The notes beneath the pieces are model-generated. The model worked only from the letters and a program-made list of their open reading frames with translations, ran no database searches and was not told the origin of the DNA. A stretch of 32,000 nucleotides of DNA. Origin: an uncultured Alphaproteobacteria bacterium (GTDB lineage Bacteria > Pseudomonadota > Alphaproteobacteria > Rs-D84). Of this stretch, positions 26,447 to 32,000 are shown piece after piece. The position numbers and the translations under genes are program-made. Numbering within the stretch: position 1 is the first letter of the stretch; each line of letters opens with the position of its first letter. Location: contig OZ007020.1 in NCBI GenBank assembly GCA_963931495.1, positions 210,001 to 242,000 on the forward strand, given 5' to 3'.

Positions 26447-27025
26447 ATGGAAAAAATTAAAAATGTAAAGGAATTTGTTGAAAAACTGGATGCGGCGAAA
26501 AAGGTTAATCCAAAAGATTTGTCGTCAGACCAAGATTTAACAATCGGGATTATGAATCTGATTTCAATTGAAGAACATTTGATGTTTTCGGGGGCAAAAA
26601 CCGGCAAGCATGAATTTTATGACCTGATTGACGAAGTGCGCGAACAGCGCAAGCAGATGATGCAAAAAATTATCCCGTCATATGAAGGTGAAGTGTGGTG
26701 TATATCAAAGCACTTGTTGGCGGCGTCTATGCGTTTGTTTGAAGTTGGTACCAAGGCACTGGCGGCCGGTGATAAGGCGGGTGCATACGATTTGTTTGAC
26801 CGTTCATATGGGCTGTATTGTATATTCTGGGGATTAAATATGGGCGGACTGGTTGGTGGCGCGGATGTTAAATGGGTTAAAACCAGTGCCACAAAAACAC
26901 AGGTAAAAAAAAACGATGATGTCGCGCCAGTGACCGATGATGAAACAGCCCAAAATGCGGGTGACAGCAAAATGGCGCGATTAAAACGATGGGTAAAAAA
27001 TGCAGTAAATTGTTGTATTGAATGA
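26447..27025 (+). CDS. Hypothetical soluble protein (192 aa) ending in NCCIE
   Basis: The ORF starts 16 nt after the membrane protein gene and has a GGGGGCAGG RBS-like sequence upstream. I recognise no family. Confidence 0.5.
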   Translation: MEKIKNVKEFVEKLDAAKKVNPKDLSSDQDLTIGIMNLISIEEHLMFSGAKTGKHEFYDLIDEVREQRKQMMQKIIPSYEGEVWCISKHLLAASMRLFEVGTKALAAGDKAGAYDLFDRSYGLYCIFWGLNMGGLVGGADVKWVKTSATKTQVKKNDDVAPVTDDETAQNAGDSKMARLKRWVKNAVNCCIE

Positions 27026-27045
27026 TTAAACGTCTGGTGAACGAT

Positions 27046-27072
27046 GCCCCGTGGAAATGCGGGGCGTTTTTA
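27046..27072 (+). terminator. Rho-independent terminator
   Basis: GCCCCG (27046-27051), 8-nt loop, CGGGGC (27060-27065), followed by GTTTTT. Confidence 0.7.
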
Positions 27073-27075
27073 TTC

Positions 27076-27103
27076 TTGATTTTTAATATATGAATTTTAT
27101 AAT
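27076..27103 (+). promoter_or_regulatory. Sigma70-type promoter of tRNA-Thr
   Basis: TTGATT (27076-27081), 16-nt spacer, TATAAT (27098-27103). The -10 ends 12 nt upstream of the tRNA 5' end. Confidence 0.55.
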
Positions 27104-27115
27104 GACTGGTACAGT

Positions 27116-27189
27116 GCCCTAATAGTCTAGTGGTAAAACACGTCCTTGGTAAGGACGAGTCGCAAGTCCGATTCTTGCTTAGGGCACCA
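27116..27189 (+). tRNA. tRNA-Thr(GGU)
   Basis: GCCCTAATAGTCTAGTGGTAAAACACGTCCTTGGTAAGGACGAGTCGCAAGTCCGATTCTTGCTTAGGGCACCA is 74 nt. The anticodon arm CGTCC-TTGGTAA-GGACG resembles E. coli tRNA-Thr(GGU). CCA is encoded. The T-loop reads TCCGATT (C at position 55) and the D stem has one C-A mismatch. Confidence 0.8.
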
Positions 27190-27371
27190 GATGATTTTTT
27201 GGGGGCGGGGCGATGATGTGACTGACAACCACGGAGTTTCCAAATCCCAGTTAAAGTGATAAATCAGGGTGGCACCGCGCAATAAAAATTGCGCCCCTGA
27301 AATATTAAAAACGTGGGTGCCGTTTCCAAATCTTTTTGAATGTGGTGCCCAAAATAAAAAAAGGGACCAAA

Positions 27372-29141
27372 ATGTTATCGTTGAAATCAAAATACAGAAC
27401 GCATACTTGTGGTGAATTGAATAAATCACATGTCGGTGAAACAGTGACTTTGTCTGGGTGGGTTCATCGCAAACGTAATCATGGGTCACTGTTGTTTATT
27501 GACCTGCGCGATAATTATGGAATCACCCAGTGTGTGTTTGATGGCGGGGATGCAGATTTAGAACGTGTGCATCCAGAATCTGTGATTCAAATTACAGGGA
27601 ATGTTGTTGCGCGCAGTGATGATGCAGTTAATGACAAAATTCCAACCGGGGAAATAGAGGTCCAGGCGACAGATTGGCATGTGCTGACAAGTGCAGATGT
27701 TTTGCCGTTCCCAGTGTTCGGCGATGATGACAGTGTTGCCGAAGATCTGCGATTAAAATATCGCTATATTGATTTGCGGCGTGAATCTTTGCATCGCAAT
27801 ATTTTAATGCGTAATCGTATGGTAAAGTTCATTCGTGACCAAATGTGGAATATGGGTTTTTCAGAATTTCAAACACCAATTTTAACGGTGTCCAGTCCCG
27901 AAGGGGCACGTGACTTTATCGTGCCGTCGCGCAATCATCATGGTATGTTTTATGCGCTGCCCCAGGCACCACAACAGTTTAAGCAACTGATACAGATATC
28001 TGGGTTTGACCGCTATTTTCAAATTGCGCCGTGTTTTCGTGACGAAGATTTACGTGCCGACAGATTATTAGAATTCTATCAATTGGATTTGGAAATGTCC
28101 TTTGTTGATTTGCCAGATATCCAGGCTGTTGGTAACGAATTAATGCCGGCATTAATTCGTGAATTCGTTCCAGATGCCAAGATTTGTCCGGAAATACCAC
28201 ATATCGCATTTGATGACGCGATGATGAAATATGGTACGGATAAGCCTGATTTGCGAAATCCAATAATTATTCACGATGTGACGGATATATTCCGGGGATC
28301 TGATTTTGTTATCTTTGCCAATGCCATTGACAATGGCGCCGTTGTTCGTGCCGTGCCGGCACCAAACAGTGCGGATCGGCCACGTTCGTGGTATGATAAA
28401 CTGGGTGATTATGCGGTCAAAGAATTAGGACTGGGGGGACTGGGGTATATTGTCTTTGCCGATGAAGCCAAGGGCCCGGTTGCCAAAAAACTGGATGCGG
28501 CACGCAAGGAAAAATTGCGCCAGATTTCTGGTGATAATTCATCATTGTTTTTTATCTGTGATGTTGCAGAAAATGCCGCCAAAGCCGCAGGTAAATTACG
28601 TACTAAATTGGGCGAAGATTTAGGATTGATTGATGAAAAAGAATTCCGGCTGTGTTGGATAGAAGAATTTCCGTTCTTTGAAGCCGATCCAGAATCACCC
28701 ACAGGAATTGCATTTACGCATAATCCGTTTTCATACCCAATGGCGACATTGGATGAATTACAGACGCGTGACCCACTGTCTATCAAGGCGGCACAATTTG
28801 ATATGGTATTAAATGGTGCAGAAATTTGCAGTGGCGGATTGCGGAATTTTAATCCTGATGTTATGTTGCGCTGTTTTGAAATTACTGGGTATGATGAAGA
28901 AACGGTTAAGCAAAAGTTTGGTGGAATGTATCATGCGTTTCAATATGGTGCACCACCGCACGGCGGGTGTGCGTTCGGTTTGGACAGATTGGTGCAAATC
29001 ATGCTGGGTGAACCGAATTTGCGTTCTGTTGTGCTGTTTCCGACCAACCAACGTGGTCAAGATTTGATGATGGGGGCGCCGGGTCCAGTTACAGAAACAC
29101 AACTGCGCGAAGATCATATCCAAGTGCGTAAAAAAGGATAA
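27372..29141 (+). CDS. aspS: Aspartate--tRNA ligase
   Basis: This is the internal Met of ORF 27336..29141 (MLSLKSKYRTHTCGEL...). It has an OB-fold N-terminus ending in LLFIDLRDNYGITQ. Class II motifs FRDEDLRADR and GGCAFGLDRL are present. Confidence 0.93.
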   Translation: MLSLKSKYRTHTCGELNKSHVGETVTLSGWVHRKRNHGSLLFIDLRDNYGITQCVFDGGDADLERVHPESVIQITGNVVARSDDAVNDKIPTGEIEVQATDWHVLTSADVLPFPVFGDDDSVAEDLRLKYRYIDLRRESLHRNILMRNRMVKFIRDQMWNMGFSEFQTPILTVSSPEGARDFIVPSRNHHGMFYALPQAPQQFKQLIQISGFDRYFQIAPCFRDEDLRADRLLEFYQLDLEMSFVDLPDIQAVGNELMPALIREFVPDAKICPEIPHIAFDDAMMKYGTDKPDLRNPIIIHDVTDIFRGSDFVIFANAIDNGAVVRAVPAPNSADRPRSWYDKLGDYAVKELGLGGLGYIVFADEAKGPVAKKLDAARKEKLRQISGDNSSLFFICDVAENAAKAAGKLRTKLGEDLGLIDEKEFRLCWIEEFPFFEADPESPTGIAFTHNPFSYPMATLDELQTRDPLSIKAAQFDMVLNGAEICSGGLRNFNPDVMLRCFEITGYDEETVKQKFGGMYHAFQYGAPPHGGCAFGLDRLVQIMLGEPNLRSVVLFPTNQRGQDLMMGAPGPVTETQLREDHIQVRKKG

Positions 29142-29160
29142 TTTATTATCGCAATATGTA

Positions 29161-29195
29161 AAAAAATCAGTCCTGTCATTGGACTGATTTTTTTA
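29161..29195. terminator. Bidirectional rho-independent terminator after aspS
   Basis: A-run, ATCAGTCC (29166-29173), 7-nt loop, GGACTGAT (29181-29188), T7 run. Confidence 0.75.
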
Positions 29196-29262
29196 TGGGA
29201 AATCAAACCTGTTAATATTTGTCGGTGGATGGGAATATAATGCGTGTACAGGATAATATACA

Positions 29263-29700
29263 ATGAATACGCGCATAGATGAAATTGTTGTAAAAATGGG
29301 ATTAAGCCAATATCAAGCGAATGTTTTACGGTCACATCCAGATATATATGTACTGTCCAGATTGGTAAAACGTGGTTGTGTTTTGTATGCACCACGTGCA
29401 ACACATGGATTTTATAATTTTATTCAACGATTAATTATGGGACGGCGGGGGGATTTAATTGGGTATGATAAATGCTGGTTCATAATCAATATGGAATCAA
29501 ATTGTTTCTGGATGGTTTTTACAGTGCGCCAATTGGGCGCTTTAAATATTATGCCGATGATAAAGGCAACATTGTTGCGCGCAATTGTGTGCGGGGTAAT
29601 TAAAATTTATCATGACTGCGTACAAAATCGCGCATATATGTTGGGTCAAAATTTATCATTATTTCCGACAGTGAATATGAACGTGTGCCATCAGGGTTAA
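29263..29700 (+). CDS. Questionable hypothetical ORF (145 aa)
   Basis: This is the only sizeable ORF in the ~400-bp gap between aspS and the asmA-like gene. Its last ~100 nt overlap the convergent asmA-like gene. I recognise no family. Confidence 0.25.
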   Translation: MNTRIDEIVVKMGLSQYQANVLRSHPDIYVLSRLVKRGCVLYAPRATHGFYNFIQRLIMGRRGDLIGYDKCWFIINMESNCFWMVFTVRQLGALNIMPMIKATLLRAIVCGVIKIYHDCVQNRAYMLGQNLSLFPTVNMNVCHQG

Positions 29701-32000
29701 TTCTTAATTCTACTGGTACTGGTACCGGCGATGTGCCGCGTAAAGTCATATTCAAATCTGCATACATGCGACCATCTGATATTTCCATTTCACCAGTGGC
29801 GTCAGTGTGACGCAATTGTAACTGGATTGGTGTGGTTGTTATAAAGTTTCCGTTCTTGTATTCGCCGATAATGCGCATCTTTTTTATCGCAGATTCGCCA
29901 CCATCAAATGCGTATGACAGTGCATATTCGGCATTAAATGTATTGATTTGATCGGCTGATGCAAAAAAGTCATCAATACCAATCCCAACCAGATATCCGC
30001 CATCAAATGACAAATCCATGTTGCCGGTCATATTGTATTCCATATCGTGCGCAATATTACCAAATGTGTTCATGTTTATTTCCGCCGTAATCATTGTGTC
30101 GCGTACATTTAATGGCATGTTGCGCGATAATAATAACCCATTTGTAACAAATCTGTTTAATTGGGCGAATATTTCATATTTATTACCGTTTCGTGTAATT
30201 GTGGCCAGCATGTTTCCGCGATTACTGTCCGTTATTGAAAATGTCTGGGCGTCGCGTTTCAGTGCATATACAAAGTTTTTAAATATATTACCGTTGTATA
30301 TCAATGCGTCCGCAGATAATGATACATTTGTGTTAAAATTAAATGGTATTGTAATTGGTGACGCACTTAAAAATGTTAATTCTTCGTAATTATCCAAATA
30401 TTCTTGGCTGATAAAAGAATCAAGATTTAATACATCTGTATGCAATGTTATGCGGTTACCGCTGAGTGTGCCATTAAATTCGTGGCCAGCAATGTTTATT
30501 TTTAATCCAGATACTGTATCGTTGTGGTACGTCCCAGATATACTGTATCCGACATTTGCGAATGCACGCATATCAATGTTTGGAAACCAATCTTTGATAT
30601 TTTGGCCGGATATGTTGAAATAGTTATCTGATAAACTTAATATCCATCGTTTGGAATGCGGAACAAATTGCATCATGTTATCGTGCCAACGAAAATTACC
30701 AATAACGTTCTGCATGAATTTGGGAATTTTTAATGTGTCTGGGATTACCCATTCCAGTGTTTTATTATTTGCAAATTTATATGTGGGTGTGATTTTGCCG
30801 TTGTTTATACTGTACGTGCCAGCGATATTTGAAAATTCAAAGTCAATTCTTCCGCGTGGCGCCAGTTTTGAAATTTTTGATATTATGTTGTCAATATTTG
30901 GCATTGATGAATCAGATTTTACATTGATGTAAAAATTGTCTGGGGTAACAGAAATGGTGCCGTTTAATGTGCTGTATGAAAAACGACTGCATTTCCAATC
31001 AGATGGTGTCCCAGAAAATACACATGTTACAGGTATTTCATTGTATTTTGTTGTTATTATTACGTCGTGCGCACCGTTGGCGTCAATTGTTCCGCCATTT
31101 ATTAACAAGTTGTCAGCCGTAACATTCTGTATCTGTAATTTGTCGCGCGTACCGTTTGCACGAATCTGTAAATGATGAAATTCATGGTTGGCAAATTTCA
31201 AGTTGCCTGTGAAGTCCAAATCAAAAGACGTCATATAGTAAATACGAGACGGTTGGGTCAAGAATGATAAATCATACGTTATATCGTGACCACGCAATTG
31301 TACAATTTTTGCACCGTTCGGATGTATTTCTATGTTCCCAGTTATACGTGGCATTTTTATATCAGTAAATGTCCATCCACGGTTGCCATCCCACGCAAAA
31401 TTCATTTTTATATTTACAGTTTGTTCTATGCGTGGATATGAAAAACCAAACCATCTGTTAATGTCGTTTGTTTCCATGGCGATTTTGCCACGGGCCGAAC
31501 CATCAGAAAATAACTGGCCCGATACCTGTAATTTATCATTTTGGTTGTGTATAAAGAATTCATCACCATGAAAGTCAACGTCATATTTATGCTGGGGCGT
31601 GCGTATTGTGCCGATTAAATGATTCCCAGACAATGTTGCATCCAGTATATCAAATGTTTTGTCTTTGAATGAAATTGTTGAATTGTGAATATCTATGACA
31701 TGCGGTATGTTTTGTGGAATCAGATTACTGATTGTGATTTGTGCATCGTATATACTGATGTCGCCATTTAATTGTGCGCTATCCAGGTTAAATATACTGG
31801 TTAACGGGACAGAGAACATCAGTGCGCCAATTTGGCCATTTGGTATATATACATCGTGGGCAACAATTGTTGCGCGCCCTAATAAACTGAAATGTATATC
31901 ACCACGAATTTGTGCCGTAACACCCGTTTGTGTTGCGATTGCCTGTTCCAGGCGCGGGCGCATATTGTTTAATGTTATCATTGGGGGCACCAACACAACG
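29600..32000 (-). CDS. AsmA-family outer-membrane biogenesis protein (N-terminus beyond window end)
   Basis: The reading frame is still open at the window edge (...VVLVPPMITLNNMRPRLEQAIATQTGVTAQIRGDIHFSLLGRATIVAHDVYIPNG). That pattern matches the AsmA N-terminal region. The rest is a long beta-rich, Asn/Thr/Gly-rich polypeptide. Confidence 0.6.
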   Translation of the reverse strand, partial: VVLVPPMITLNNMRPRLEQAIATQTGVTAQIRGDIHFSLLGRATIVAHDVYIPNGQIGALMFSVPLTSIFNLDSAQLNGDISIYDAQITISNLIPQNIPHVIDIHNSTISFKDKTFDILDATLSGNHLIGTIRTPQHKYDVDFHGDEFFIHNQNDKLQVSGQLFSDGSARGKIAMETNDINRWFGFSYPRIEQTVNIKMNFAWDGNRGWTFTDIKMPRITGNIEIHPNGAKIVQLRGHDITYDLSFLTQPSRIYYMTSFDLDFTGNLKFANHEFHHLQIRANGTRDKLQIQNVTADNLLINGGTIDANGAHDVIITTKYNEIPVTCVFSGTPSDWKCSRFSYSTLNGTISVTPDNFYINVKSDSSMPNIDNIISKISKLAPRGRIDFEFSNIAGTYSINNGKITPTYKFANNKTLEWVIPDTLKIPKFMQNVIGNFRWHDNMMQFVPHSKRWILSLSDNYFNISGQNIKDWFPNIDMRAFANVGYSISGTYHNDTVSGLKINIAGHEFNGTLSGNRITLHTDVLNLDSFISQEYLDNYEELTFLSASPITIPFNFNTNVSLSADALIYNGNIFKNFVYALKRDAQTFSITDSNRGNMLATITRNGNKYEIFAQLNRFVTNGLLLSRNMPLNVRDTMITAEINMNTFGNIAHDMEYNMTGNMDLSFDGGYLVGIGIDDFFASADQINTFNAEYALSYAFDGGESAIKKMRIIGEYKNGNFITTTPIQLQLRHTDATGEMEISDGRMYADLNMTLRGTSPVPVPVELRINPDGTRSYSLSEIMINFDPTYMRDFVRSHDKF

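Noticed and set aside
27270-27294. TGGCAC upstream of aspS, as a possible sigma54 -24 element.
   Set aside because: The required TTGC(A/T) at the 5-nt downstream spacing is missing (the sequence there is AATAA). The TTGCGC further on is at the wrong distance.
27127-27489. A 120-aa minus-strand ORF overlapping tRNA-Thr and the aspS start.
   Set aside because: It overlaps a well-folded tRNA and the 5' end of aspS and has no supporting signals.

Overview
The window looks like a chromosomal segment of an AT-leaning Gram-negative bacterium. The GyrB, LpxC and AspS sequences look alphaproteobacterial, but that is inference with no database search. All calls rest on reading the sequence and the ORF track by eye.

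Layout:
- 1-757: a partial ABC-F ATPase gene and a lipoprotein gene.
- 758-7439: a ~6.7 kb, visibly more AT-rich integrative island inserted in the 3' half of an initiator-type tRNA-Met(CAU). It is bounded by a perfect 48-bp direct repeat. It carries rhuM, a P4-type tyrosine integrase, an AlpA-like HTH gene, a winged-helix gene, a lipoprotein gene and an AlbA_2/HATPase_c_4-type ATPase gene.
- 7666-10768: lipid A genes (DUF374 acyltransferase-like, lpxK, lpxC) and a lipoprotein gene.
- 10890-15594: a tightly packed four-gene type IVb-pilus/T2SS-like assembly module (PilO-like, PilP-like, GspE-type ATPase, GspF-type platform). No pilin, prepilin peptidase or secretin gene lies next to it.
- 15837-18053: a 738-aa secreted protein with about 36 cysteines.
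- 18058-24356: a RusA-like orphan, gyrB, a small hypothetical gene, an HhH-GPD-like gene, ung, a PagL-like lipid A deacylase gene and a GT8 glycosyltransferase gene.
- 24648-27189: tRNA(CAU), a 174-bp tandem structured repeat, a fused tandem-ArsR regulator divergent from a CxxC membrane protein gene, and tRNA-Thr(GGU).
- 27372-32000: aspS and a partial asmA-like gene.

Most interesting signal: a ~170-nt structured RNA element occurs three times (5277-5476 minus, 15614-15819 plus, 24377-24587 minus).
- Each copy has its own sigma70-like promoter and ends in an intrinsic terminator about 10-20 nt before the RBS and ATG of an envelope or surface gene.
- The downstream genes are the island lipoprotein, the Cys-rich secreted protein and the GT8 glycosyltransferase.
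- The copies show compensatory base changes in the main helix.
- I could not assign it to a riboswitch or leader family I know. It is a candidate new cis-regulatory RNA or sRNA family.
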